Below, one piece after another: positions 28,953 through 38,386 of a stretch of 47,541 bases of DNA. Under the pieces are notes generated by a model, which saw only the letters and a program-made list of their open reading frames with translations, made no database searches and was not told the origin of the DNA. Both the position numbers and the translations under genes were made by a program. The stretch spans positions 1-47,541 of the forward strand of contig JBLHOC010000003.1 in NCBI GenBank assembly GCA_047620825.1, in the 5' to 3' direction. This DNA comes from Bacteroidia bacterium (GTDB taxonomy: Bacteria; Bacteroidota; Bacteroidia; NS11-12g; UBA9320). Positions within the stretch are counted from its first letter, which is position 1; the number at the start of each line of letters is the position of its first letter.

Positions 28953-29501
28953 TTAACCCACTTGTTTTAAATGTTTACTGATATCTTTATTATTCTTTAG
29001 GTTTCTAGCCATATCAACAATGGCTATAGGACTTTTAGGTCCACTGCTGATTTCAACACCTGCTTCTGATAAGTCCAATGTTAGGATATCTTTAAACCCG
29101 TAACCATTGCGGACTAAAAACTTATAGTGATTATTTGAGCTGTTTAGAAGCGTTAGTTTTTTTGGATGTTTCATCAACAAGACTTCAACCTTGATGCGTA
29201 ATTGTTCAACCGACCATTTACTGTCGGTAATCATGAATTTTTGACGCATTTTTAAGTATTGTTTCGGATCAACGTTACCAACGTTTTCGAATGACATCGC
29301 ATGCCATGTATTAAACACAATTCCAATACCAATAGCGATTACAATGGACCAATTGTGGTCAATGGTTAAGAAGTCATATCCATACTTCATTTTGCCTTGT
29401 TTCAAAGCTACGATGGCCGCACTTACTGGTAATGCGATCAAGCTTATTTTGATCCAATTGATCATATAGATGACCAGTTTAAAAAAAGAATTACTGTTCA
29501 T
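28953..29501 (-). CDS. Hypothetical membrane protein
   Basis: Two N-terminal TM segments; embedded in the tyrS operon; start may be ATG 29465. Confidence 0.65.
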   Translation of the reverse strand: MNSNSFFKLVIYMINWIKISLIALPVSAAIVALKQGKMKYGYDFLTIDHNWSIVIAIGIGIVFNTWHAMSFENVGNVDPKQYLKMRQKFMITDSKWSVEQLRIKVEVLLMKHPKKLTLLNSSNNHYKFLVRNGYGFKDILTLDLSEAGVEISSGPKSPIAIVDMARNLKNNKDISKHLKQVG

Positions 29502-30354
29502 CGGTCGTATTTTTTAAGAGTAAGCATAAGGCTTCAAAGTTTTTATTATCTCCCAGCAACTGTTTGGCCCTAACAAAGGCCTCTGCTTTTGGCAGTGATG
29601 CTGCAGTAACATAATCATTTGGTTGTGGAATAGATTCCAATTGCCCCAATTGTCCAAGATGGTTCCCTGTTAATTCATGCGATAGACGAATTGAATCAGG
29701 AAGTGCATCAACACCAATGCCTATAGACGTAATTGGTTTTGGTATTTCAAATATGGCATCTCCATTTGCACGACAATAGTAATTGCCACCCATACGAGAT
29801 ACTAAGTCGATTTGATAAGGGTCAATGTGATTTTTCTGATCAATGATTGATTCAGAAATGTGAAGCTTAACGATCTCACAGATGATCAAGTTTCCAGCAC
29901 CTCCACCTTGACCAAGTTCTTTTATTTCTATCACCTTACATTCCAATTGAACAGGTGATTCTTTTACTCGAAAAGGCTTGATGAGGTCAGATGCTATCGG
30001 TGTAAATCCAGCTTTCTCAAATTCATTTACGCCTTTTGGGTACGGTGAACTAGCCAAGCTCATTTGCTGAACCATGCTGTAGTTGACCATATTTACAACA
30101 ACTTCTGGGACGGCCGTACAGTTGTCAAAGGTGTTCTTTGTTGCACCCGTTCTACCACTTCTTGCTGGTGAAAAAACCAATATTGGTGGGTTGGCACTAA
30201 AGACATTAAAAAAACTAAACGGGGCCAAGTTAGGTGTGCCCGATTCGTCAATAGTACTTGCGAAGCAAATTGGCCGTGGCCCTACGCTTCCAAGTAAAAA
30301 TTGGTGTATTTCGGGGATTGTTAAATCGCTAGGGTTAATGCTTCTTATGCTCAT
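29491..30354 (-). CDS. Flavin reductase-like FMN-binding protein (DIM6/NTAB family)
   Basis: PRPICFAST, NLAPFSFFN, VKESPVQLEC, RMGGNYY. Confidence 0.93.
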   Translation of the reverse strand: MSIRSINPSDLTIPEIHQFLLGSVGPRPICFASTIDESGTPNLAPFSFFNVFSANPPILVFSPARSGRTGATKNTFDNCTAVPEVVVNMVNYSMVQQMSLASSPYPKGVNEFEKAGFTPIASDLIKPFRVKESPVQLECKVIEIKELGQGGGAGNLIICEIVKLHISESIIDQKNHIDPYQIDLVSRMGGNYYCRANGDAIFEIPKPITSIGIGVDALPDSIRLSHELTGNHLGQLGQLESIPQPNDYVTAASLPKAEAFVRAKQLLGDNKNFEALCLLLKNTTDEQ

Positions 30355-31631
30355 GAGTTTATGCTCAATAAGAAATAATTCTTCTTACCTCTTTGTAACA
30401 AAATAAATCGGTTTTTGATTAAGTCTTTTGAAGAAAACGAGAAGTCTTCCTTTACTTTCTCCCTATTTACCGAAATAGAGTTTTCTTTTAACGCCCGTTT
30501 TGCTTCTCCTTTAGAAGCGGCTAAACCACATTCGGCAAGTACATCAACAATATTCTGTCCGTCAATGGCGTCAACACTTCCTTGTTTTGCACCACTAAAT
30601 ACATCTAGAAAGTCGGCTTCCTCTAGTTTCCTGAGGTTGCCCATCACATCATCGGAAAACAAAATACCAGAGAGGTACTCCGCTTTTTGAAGTTCATCTG
30701 CACCGTGCACCCAAGTTGTAACATGTTGTGCCAGCGTCTTTTGAAGTCCGCGTAAATGCTCATTCCCTTGATGTGCTGCAATAATGCCATCGATTGTCTC
30801 GTGGTCGAGCAGGGTAAATATTTTAATCAGCTTTTCTGCTTCGGCGTCAGGTGTTTTTATCCAAAATTGATAAAATTGGTAAGGCGTTGTTTTGTATTTA
30901 TCCAACCAGATGTTTCCACCCTCAGATTTACCAAATTTGCTACCGTCTGGCTTTGTTAACAAAGGTGCGGTGATGGCATAGGCTTCTTTACCACCTTTTC
31001 TTCGTATAAGTTCTGTACCGGTTACAATATTGCCCCATTGGTCGCTACCGCCCATTTGAAGCTTACAATTTTTGTGTTCGTTAAGGTAATAAAAGTCGTA
31101 GCCTTGAACGAGCTGATAGCTAAACTCGGTGAATGAGATACCATCATCGATTCTGTTTTTGACAGAATCCTTGGCTAACATGTAATTCACTGTGATATGC
31201 TTGCCAATGTCCCGTATAAATTCCAAGAAATTTAAGTCCTTGAACCAATCATAATTATTGGCCATTTCAGCCGCATTCTCACCAGAAAAATCCAAAAATT
31301 GTTCAAGCTGTTTTTTCTGACAGGCTAAGTTATGGTTCAGTGTGTCCAAGTCTAGCAACGTTCTTTCTGCTTTCTTACCCGAAGGATCACCGACCATTCC
31401 GGTTGCTCCACCAACCAGGGCGATAGGTTTATGTCCGGCACGTTGTAAGTGTACCAATAAAATTATAGGTACAAGGTTGCCAATATGTAAAGAGTCGGCA
31501 GTTGGGTCAAAGCCAACATAACCCGTAATTTGTTCTTTAGTCAACGCCTCTTTCACACCTGGGATGTGTTGGTGGTGGAGACCTCTCCACTTCAGCTCTT
31601 CTATTAAATCAAAATTGGGTGTAAAAGACAT
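30351..31631 (-). CDS. tyrS: Tyrosine--tRNA ligase
   Basis: GFDPTADSLHIGN, QMGGSDQWGN, KFGKS, C-terminal S4-like domain ending RGKKNY. Confidence 0.99.
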   Translation of the reverse strand: MSFTPNFDLIEELKWRGLHHQHIPGVKEALTKEQITGYVGFDPTADSLHIGNLVPIILLVHLQRAGHKPIALVGGATGMVGDPSGKKAERTLLDLDTLNHNLACQKKQLEQFLDFSGENAAEMANNYDWFKDLNFLEFIRDIGKHITVNYMLAKDSVKNRIDDGISFTEFSYQLVQGYDFYYLNEHKNCKLQMGGSDQWGNIVTGTELIRRKGGKEAYAITAPLLTKPDGSKFGKSEGGNIWLDKYKTTPYQFYQFWIKTPDAEAEKLIKIFTLLDHETIDGIIAAHQGNEHLRGLQKTLAQHVTTWVHGADELQKAEYLSGILFSDDVMGNLRKLEEADFLDVFSGAKQGSVDAIDGQNIVDVLAECGLAASKGEAKRALKENSISVNREKVKEDFSFSSKDLIKNRFILLQRGKKNYFLLSINS

Positions 31632-31647
31632 GTGATAAAATTTCGGG

Positions 31648-31655
31648 CAAAGATA
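31648..31655 (-). promoter_or_regulatory. -7 promoter element TATCTTTG of tyrS
   Basis: Exact TAnnTTTG, 16 nt before ATG 31631. Confidence 0.65.
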
Positions 31656-31713
31656 AAGTGATAATGGTAAGAGTCAACTGGTCTAATTGGTGTTCGTTGG
31701 TTTAATTTGTCAG

Positions 31714-32193
31714 ATGGTTAGGTTCGACATCAGAATAGCGAAAACGGAAGATTTAATGGCGCTGCAAGGGGTGTTTAAAAGCAGTGTTTCTAACGTGGCA
31801 AATAAACATTACTCAGCTGGAGAAATCTCTGAATGGTTAAAGTCGATTGAAAATACGCAACGGTGGGCCGAATTATTAGGCGAACAATATGTTGTTATGG
31901 CCGTCGCTAAAAATCAAGTGAGCGGTTTTGCCTCGTTGAAAAGCGAGAGGTACATTGACTTTAAATACGTTCATGGAGATTTTTAGCGTATCGGGGTCTC
32001 TCAAAGGTTGTTAGATTATATCATCGAAACCCCGAGGAAAACGGGAACGGATAACTTGACATCAGATGCGAGTATCACCGCCAAACCGTTCTTCGAAAAA
32101 AATGGATTTAAAGTGAGTAAACACAACAAAAACGTTAGAGGTCAAGAAACACTACTCAACTTTGAGATGCAGAAATCGCTTGTTACTGCTTAA
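31714..32193 (+). pseudogene. GNAT N-acetyltransferase (YafP-like) with an in-frame TAG
   Basis: The two ORFs are in one frame: YVHGDF-TAG-RIGVSQRLL; downstream ASITAKPFFEKNGF motif. Confidence 0.85.
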
Positions 32194-34648
32194 TGATTTT
32201 AGCGCTGTAGAAACCTGATTCTGTTGTTAACGATATAAAATATACTCCAGCAACAAGGTTAGACAAGTCTATGGTTTGGTCTAATGATAAACCGCCGCTT
32301 AAAACTTCTGAACCCATCAAAGTTGTTATTATAAAAGGAGGATACAATTGGTGGAAATCAACATCCAATGTAACTGTGCTTTCGGTTGGGTTTGGATAAA
32401 CTGTTAGAGGTGAGGCAGATTTTGTAATGTTAATCACAGAAGACTCTTCCTCGACAAGCGCCATCACTTCATTTGTGAGTTCATCTAATTCGTAATCAAA
32501 AAGTACACGGGCTCTATTGGTAAACGCCATACCTATTTGCAAGTTGTTGTTCAACATCATCGAAAAAGCAATATGGCCTTCATCATTTACTATTTCTCCA
32601 TTTTTGGTTGGATTAGGAGGTAAGTTGATGTTCTGAAATTGATAGATTAGGATGGAATAATCCGAATATTTTGGACCGGCTAAGGTGGTAGGAATAACAG
32701 GATGACTCCACGAAACGTCTCTTATTTCCCAGATGGTATTGTTTAAATCTACGGTATCAATCACGGTAACCGATCTTACAGTGTCTTCTGTGTAATTGGC
32801 GAATGATATTTGATAAGTCATTGATGCTGCACCAGGATTGATGAAAGCAGTGTCGGACCAAGTCGATTCTGGATTAACATATTTTCTAACCTCTTCATCT
32901 TCAGGCATTATTTTTTGAGTCAATGAGCTAGAGTTATTGTCGTCGTCTTCTTCAGCCGCATTTTGGACAATGGTCGTAGTCAACTCAATAAAATCACCAG
33001 CGTTGTCCTTTACCTTAAACAGGCATTTAATGATACCGTTTTCTCCAGGTGATAAGTCGTGAATACTCCAGTAGGCTGTGTCTCCCTCAACTTTCAGAGG
33101 TGGTGGAGATGCAATAAATTTTTCAAGGTTCTTGTCGAAAACCAATTCAACGATACCCTCAACAAGTTCCGAAGACCCTAAGTTTTCGTAGTTGATATAA
33201 TATTGTTGCACATTGGCAGCTATGGCTCTAGGGCCTGATGATGCAGTTAGTTTTACAGAGAGATCTTTAATATTGCTTTGTTGTACGAGTGGAAAATCTA
33301 CATTCCTTTTAACATCGCCCGCCTTAACCACAACAGTTTGAGTTAATTTAGCACAAGACGATGCTCGCCAATATTTATTTGGAGTAACAGTAATGGTATA
33401 ATTTCCTTCTTCAAGATATATTTTATATTGACCATCCAAATTTGGTCGAATTACCCGATTACCAGGTTGAATGCGAATGAGGTTTTTACTTAATTTTTCA
33501 TCTCGATTATCAAATTTGCAATTATCCTCTTTGTCATGATAAACCGTACCGGATATAATGGCATAATTCTTTTGAGTTGTCAACACAGCGACCTGATTAA
33601 GTCTAATGCCACCATATGATTTAAAGTCACCAATAACAGCCAAAATACCATTGCGATACAACAGATTTTTCACGTTATCTAATTGCCCAACAGCTAATGG
33701 CGTCCATTTTTCATCCTCATATTTAACAATAGTGTAAGTTGTTTGATCTCCAGATAACTTAAAGATTCCAGAGGCGTAAATAACATCACCAGCAGCCACA
33801 ACGTCAGACACGTAAGTAACCTGATCAAAACCTGTCATCATTTTCTTTACCGTATCGCCATCTACCGCGAAGAAATACATAGATGTTTCTGCAGCGTTAA
33901 TCGTTCCAACAGCAACCACACCCTTGTTATATTCAATCAAGTGGATTGGCCTGGCATAATTGTATTTAAACGGGATTAATTCGCCTTTTTTGAAACGAGC
34001 CATGTATTTCGATTGTGTTGTTCCTATTCTTGTAAATACACCACCGATATAAAGGTCATCGCCAGAACTAAGGGTGGTTATTACCGCACCGCTGACACCA
34101 CTTTCTAATACCTTTATTCCGGATGTCACCCATTTTTCTCCATTAAAAAAACCAAGGTTCGCACTGTTTGCAACTACAGTGCTTGAAAACTGTCCCGCAA
34201 CAACCAAAAGGTCATTGTAAATATTTAAATCAAAAATCGTTTCGAAATGCTTAATGGCGCCGGTACTGATATTCGGCACATTGACGTATGTACTACGTTT
34301 CGACAACTTGACTAGACTTCGAGCATTTACAATGGCATTTAGACTATTGAACTGTCCTGCGACATAGAGTTCCTCTTTATACCATTTTATACTATTAATA
34401 CGCGCACCAGAATCACATTTAAGGGTTGGGTGTTTTACCCAGCTGCTGCCATTCCAAGTGGAGATACCAAATAGGACACCAGAAGCACCTTTGTCAATGA
34501 TTTTATATGCCACGGTTATGCCTATTCGTGCTTCAGTCATAGCGACAGGGCTATTCGTGAGACCTTCTCCTAACGGTTGCCAAACTTGTGCGGCACTGGT
34601 ACAGTAAATTAAACTAAGGGCAGAACATAATAATAGTACGTGTCTCAT
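32183..34648 (-). CDS. T9SS type A cargo: beta-propeller, Ig-like and DUF11/DUF7619-like domains
   Basis: Signal peptide ending AA-Q; blades LYVAGQF, LYIGGVF; YYINYENLG, YQISFAN, NRARVLFD; CTD YPNPT..LVAGVYF..KIIKQ. Confidence 0.87.
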   Translation of the reverse strand: MRHVLLLCSALSLIYCTSAAQVWQPLGEGLTNSPVAMTEARIGITVAYKIIDKGASGVLFGISTWNGSSWVKHPTLKCDSGARINSIKWYKEELYVAGQFNSLNAIVNARSLVKLSKRSTYVNVPNISTGAIKHFETIFDLNIYNDLLVVAGQFSSTVVANSANLGFFNGEKWVTSGIKVLESGVSGAVITTLSSGDDLYIGGVFTRIGTTQSKYMARFKKGELIPFKYNYARPIHLIEYNKGVVAVGTINAAETSMYFFAVDGDTVKKMMTGFDQVTYVSDVVAAGDVIYASGIFKLSGDQTTYTIVKYEDEKWTPLAVGQLDNVKNLLYRNGILAVIGDFKSYGGIRLNQVAVLTTQKNYAIISGTVYHDKEDNCKFDNRDEKLSKNLIRIQPGNRVIRPNLDGQYKIYLEEGNYTITVTPNKYWRASSCAKLTQTVVVKAGDVKRNVDFPLVQQSNIKDLSVKLTASSGPRAIAANVQQYYINYENLGSSELVEGIVELVFDKNLEKFIASPPPLKVEGDTAYWSIHDLSPGENGIIKCLFKVKDNAGDFIELTTTIVQNAAEEDDDNNSSSLTQKIMPEDEEVRKYVNPESTWSDTAFINPGAASMTYQISFANYTEDTVRSVTVIDTVDLNNTIWEIRDVSWSHPVIPTTLAGPKYSDYSILIYQFQNINLPPNPTKNGEIVNDEGHIAFSMMLNNNLQIGMAFTNRARVLFDYELDELTNEVMALVEEESSVINITKSASPLTVYPNPTESTVTLDVDFHQLYPPFIITTLMGSEVLSGGLSLDQTIDLSNLVAGVYFISLTTESGFYSAKIIKQ

Positions 34649-36039
34649 TATTTTTTCAGTTTAAATTGAAGGGATAGGTCGGTTCCAAAACCGGACAATT
34701 TTTGCGATATATCGTTGTGCTTCATCATATCTAATGCGTCTGCATCAATTCTCATGAGTAGTTTGAGTTTCATACGGTCATTGAGGGCGTAGCCAACATT
34801 TATATAACCACCGTATGTCAACGACAGACGGTTAAACGCGGATAAACGCTGCACGTTTGTAAGAGATAGGTTTTCGTTGAGGATGGTTCCTGTTCCGCCT
34901 ACCAAGTATTGAACGTTCGTATTGATTCCGACGGTTAGATCAAATTGCCTTGAATCGTATAATTTTTTGCCAAACGAAATTGGTAAGGTGATGTATCTAT
35001 AGGTTGGACTAGGCACACCATTTATAGTAGTATCTCTATAATTCCAAGGCAGATAAAAAACGTCACCATTGCTATCTACACGACGAATGGAGTCATAGAT
35101 TTCATATGTATAATTTGGGTTGCTTTGTTGTCCTTTTTCTTGGTATTTGACACCCGAGGCGATTTCGAATCCTTTGAATCCACTACCTATATCAAGTCCC
35201 AAGTTTGGTAACATCCGAGCACCTTCGTTGCCGTTTCTATACGTTGTATAATTTGCAATATCAGATTTTACGTTTTGATTTAGGCGACTGACACCAAGGG
35301 TAATTCCAACATATGGGTCGAGGAACCTCTTTGTAGGATCTAGTGTGTCATTCGAACCAAACATCGGTGGGCAAGAAATTGTCACAGAAGTATTTTCAGG
35401 TCTTCGTCCGCCTAAGATAAAGGTATTATTCCTCCAAGGAATATTAATCTGGGTTTTAGCATAAACAGACACCAAATCAGCACGTGTGGTTCTTTTTTGA
35501 CCAACTGTATTAGCAACATTTATTGTTTGGGTTATAGGCTTGGTTTTACCATTACTTTTCGACCCAGCATCGTCACCTTTTTTCTCTGTTCTTTTTTCTC
35601 CGCTCGCTTCTTTTTGTACTTTATCCTTCTGTGCGTTGTCACTAATTAAAGCGTCTTGGCTCGCAGCTGTTTTCTCTATTTCCTTTGTTTTATTTTCTTT
35701 TCTGTCATCAATTTTTTCCTCGATGCTCTTATTACGCTGTTCTATGCGCTCTTCTCTATTTTCTTTATTATTTATTCTTTCATTTAGGCTCTTTTGGGCG
35801 TCCTGTAACACAACAGGTGTATTGTGGGCAGTAGATTTAGAATTGAAGTTAGAATACAAAAGACCCGCCGCAGAAACGACAAGGATACCGATAGTAAACC
35901 ACCACCAAGCGAATCCTTTTTTCTTTTTGGGATGTAGGTCGTTGAACAACTTATCCCATTCGGAACCATCTAAAGGCAACTGCGATCCTTGCAGGTTGTC
36001 TTTAAACAAATCATCGATATGTTTCTTGTTCTTAGCCAA
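34648..36039 (-). CDS. Putative dual-membrane-spanning anti-sigma factor (anti-sigma domain, TM helix, charged linker, C-terminal OM beta-barrel)
   Basis: IDDLFKDNL..EWDKL, KKKK plus TM helix, long K/E-rich linker, barrel strands YITLPISFG, VGYAL, LSLQFKL; overlaps the ECF sigma gene. Confidence 0.75.
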   Translation of the reverse strand: MAKNKKHIDDLFKDNLQGSQLPLDGSEWDKLFNDLHPKKKKGFAWWWFTIGILVVSAAGLLYSNFNSKSTAHNTPVVLQDAQKSLNERINNKENREERIEQRNKSIEEKIDDRKENKTKEIEKTAASQDALISDNAQKDKVQKEASGEKRTEKKGDDAGSKSNGKTKPITQTINVANTVGQKRTTRADLVSVYAKTQINIPWRNNTFILGGRRPENTSVTISCPPMFGSNDTLDPTKRFLDPYVGITLGVSRLNQNVKSDIANYTTYRNGNEGARMLPNLGLDIGSGFKGFEIASGVKYQEKGQQSNPNYTYEIYDSIRRVDSNGDVFYLPWNYRDTTINGVPSPTYRYITLPISFGKKLYDSRQFDLTVGINTNVQYLVGGTGTILNENLSLTNVQRLSAFNRLSLTYGGYINVGYALNDRMKLKLLMRIDADALDMMKHNDISQKLSGFGTDLSLQFKLKK

Positions 36040-36610
36040 TGTTCAGTTGTTCTTTTACTAATTTCTTCAGCATCTTTCTGGCTCTAGCCAATTGCGATTT
36101 AGAAGTTCCAGCACTGATTTTTAATTCTTTTGCAATATTGTTATGCGAATATCCTTCAATCACATATAAATTAAAGACCATTTTATAACCATCTGGAAGC
36201 TGAGCTATGATTTTATATAAATCGCTCAGCCTGACTTCTTCTTCGTCATCTTCCAAATTAAGTATATAGCTAGAATCATCATCACTGTATTCGTGCACTT
36301 TTTCAGCTTCTTCGAAGTGCAAATATTTTGTACTCTTTTTAAATTGGTCAATGGCCGTATTGATCATCAACCTTGTCATCCAAGTTTCAAGCGTACTCGT
36401 ACCTTTAAATTTTTCAATACGTTGAAAAACTTTAATAAATCCTTCATGGAGCGCGTCCTTCGCGTCTTCCATATTTGAGCAATATCTAGCACATACCCCT
36501 AACATTTTGGGTGCATAATTTTCAAATAATATCTTTTGGGCACGTGAATCATTGTCAATACAGGCAGATATGATGTCCTGTTCGCTTGTCAAGTTTCTTT
36601 CTTTACCCAT
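36032..36610 (-). CDS. ECF RNA polymerase sigma-70 factor
   Basis: AKDALHEGFIKVF, WMTRLMINTAID, LPDGYKMVFNLYVIEGYSH, GTSKSQLARAR. Confidence 0.96.
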   Translation of the reverse strand: MGKERNLTSEQDIISACIDNDSRAQKILFENYAPKMLGVCARYCSNMEDAKDALHEGFIKVFQRIEKFKGTSTLETWMTRLMINTAIDQFKKSTKYLHFEEAEKVHEYSDDDSSYILNLEDDEEEVRLSDLYKIIAQLPDGYKMVFNLYVIEGYSHNNIAKELKISAGTSKSQLARARKMLKKLVKEQLNIG

Positions 36611-36612
36611 TA

Positions 36613-36638
36613 GTCTATGGAATCAACCAAAGGTTGCA
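36613..36638 (-). promoter_or_regulatory. Candidate autoregulatory ECF promoter
   Basis: TGCAACC...TAGAC with AAC-N17-GAC spacing directly upstream of the sigma ATG. Confidence 0.4.
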
Positions 36639-36749
36639 TCATCAAACATAAAAGAATAAAAATTTATTTTTTGACTATAGAACGGATTGTTATTCAGGTT
36701 GTTACGGTGCCTGACCTGAATCTAATACAGTTGGTTTTTGATACAGAAA

Positions 36750-36983
36750 TTACAAATCCCAAACCGAACGACGGGATTTGCCGAGTTGACTTCTTATTTC
36801 AAGCCAAAAAGCAACAAAAAGGTAAATCAATACCGGAGATCCAAAGGTGATAAACGACAGATAAATAAAGTACAAGCGGATGCGCGAATCTTTAAGTCCA
36901 AGTTTTTCACCTAAATAGGAGCAAACACCAAAAAAACGTTGTTCAATAATAAACTTCCAAGTATTTAAAAACTGTTGTTTCAT
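36750..36983 (-). CDS. PspC domain-containing small membrane protein
   Basis: FGVCSYLGEKLG, IRLYFIY, GSPVLIY. Confidence 0.88.
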   Translation of the reverse strand: MKQQFLNTWKFIIEQRFFGVCSYLGEKLGLKDSRIRLYFIYLSFITFGSPVLIYLFVAFWLEIRSQLGKSRRSVWDL

Positions 36984-36984
36984 A

Positions 36985-38259
36985 CTATGTACGCTTTAAT
37001 ATGTGATGTCCTATTTGACAATTCAAACAATCCTTAAAGATACATAACTTATTATGCAACTGCAAAACACCTTGCGATTGCAACGCATTAGTGATTGTAA
37101 GCCCGCGTGTTTGGTAGTACAATGTAATGGCATTTTGTTCAGCTGGTATGGACTCAAGAAGTTCAAGGCACTGGTCTTGCAACATTAAATTATTCTGTTT
37201 AAGTCCGTAGCAGTATAAGATTGGGACAACAGCGTTAATCAAAATGTTGTGAATTAAATTTTTACCAACTTGTTTGCTTTTATTGGCAGAGACCTGATCA
37301 AACCGATAATGTGTTCGCCAATAGGCAGATGGTTCAATTCGGAATAGGGCCAGAAGGTTATCGTACTGAAGTTCATCTTTCACCCTAGAAAACAGACCTT
37401 CTTTTTGATGCAGCAATGTGGCCAACTGGGCCAAACGGATGGTCGGAAAATTCGCTGGACGAAGTCGGAGAAACTTCCATGTTTCGACAGGAATGGGTGT
37501 AATCTGATGTTTCGTAGACAAGAATATATATTCCAGGAACAGACTTTTGCCATAAGCGTCGACGTGGTGTTTATGCAAAAAACCCGCGCTACCAAACACT
37601 AAGGCTTCCATCGTTTCAAGGTTATTCCTGTACTTCGAAATGAGTTTGAGAGGCAGCTGTTTTGCCAATAATTCAAAAGGAACCTTATTTACCCGCATGC
37701 CTAATGCAATCGCAATCATCTGGTACAGGACTTCCTGCCAATCGTTCTGACATCTCTCTAGTTTATTAAGAATGACAACAGACTTGTCCTTTAAGCGATC
37801 AATTGCTTTGGCCTCAATAGTAAATATCGCAGTTTCGTTTGCCATGTGCGGCAACATATTGTGACATGGGATTTTGTCGGAGTTATTGGTCAAACGTTCA
37901 TAACCCAAAAGCAATTCCTCACCTATCCTAGGTTTTAAAATGAGGCATGGGATTATCGTACCATTGCTACGCCTTACGTCAGCATCATATTCGTAAACAA
38001 CATGCAATACGGTGTTGTCGTATGCAGAGTCAAGATGGTGGTTGTGTTTAAACCAGTCACTACTTTGAATGTGAATTTCCACCTGGCCAGCCCAAGTCTC
38101 AGAATCGAGTTTAATAAGGGCATTTATAAAATCTGGACCACCATCTTGATGTGGACTGCCTTTTTTGAGGATGGTAAGGTGTGCACCAGATGTTGTTGTT
38201 AGGTCGGTATGATCAAACTGGGCGGTTTGCCATATGTAATGTAAGAAGGATTCTTTCAA
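36985..38259 (-). CDS. DUF2851 family protein
   Basis: KESFLHYIW, GPDF, GQVEIH, LHVV, RLRPANFPTIRLAQL, CLNCQIG; TTG 38259 fits the family start (ORF open to 38310). Confidence 0.92.
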   Translation of the reverse strand: MKESFLHYIWQTAQFDHTDLTTTSGAHLTILKKGSPHQDGGPDFINALIKLDSETWAGQVEIHIQSSDWFKHNHHLDSAYDNTVLHVVYEYDADVRRSNGTIIPCLILKPRIGEELLLGYERLTNNSDKIPCHNMLPHMANETAIFTIEAKAIDRLKDKSVVILNKLERCQNDWQEVLYQMIAIALGMRVNKVPFELLAKQLPLKLISKYRNNLETMEALVFGSAGFLHKHHVDAYGKSLFLEYIFLSTKHQITPIPVETWKFLRLRPANFPTIRLAQLATLLHQKEGLFSRVKDELQYDNLLALFRIEPSAYWRTHYRFDQVSANKSKQVGKNLIHNILINAVVPILYCYGLKQNNLMLQDQCLELLESIPAEQNAITLYYQTRGLTITNALQSQGVLQLHNKLCIFKDCLNCQIGHHILKRT

Positions 38260-38386
38260 GGGGTTTATCGTGTTGGTTCTAAAAACCAAATTAGACGATA
38301 AATTAACCAATCAATACCTCCGTGATTGCGAAAGCTCCTGAACCATAAGAAGAAACTCCTGAAGGATATTTTATATTTATCTGACC

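Noticed and set aside
31984-31986. Genome-wide TAG reassignment or pyrrolysine
   Set aside because: TAG is the normal stop of intact genes here (e.g. ends at 3823, 5171, 8765, 47333) and no pyl genes are present
35540-36061. 173-aa plus-strand ORF rich in F/L/S
   Set aside because: Antisense shadow of the K/E-rich linker of the anti-sigma gene; no independent features
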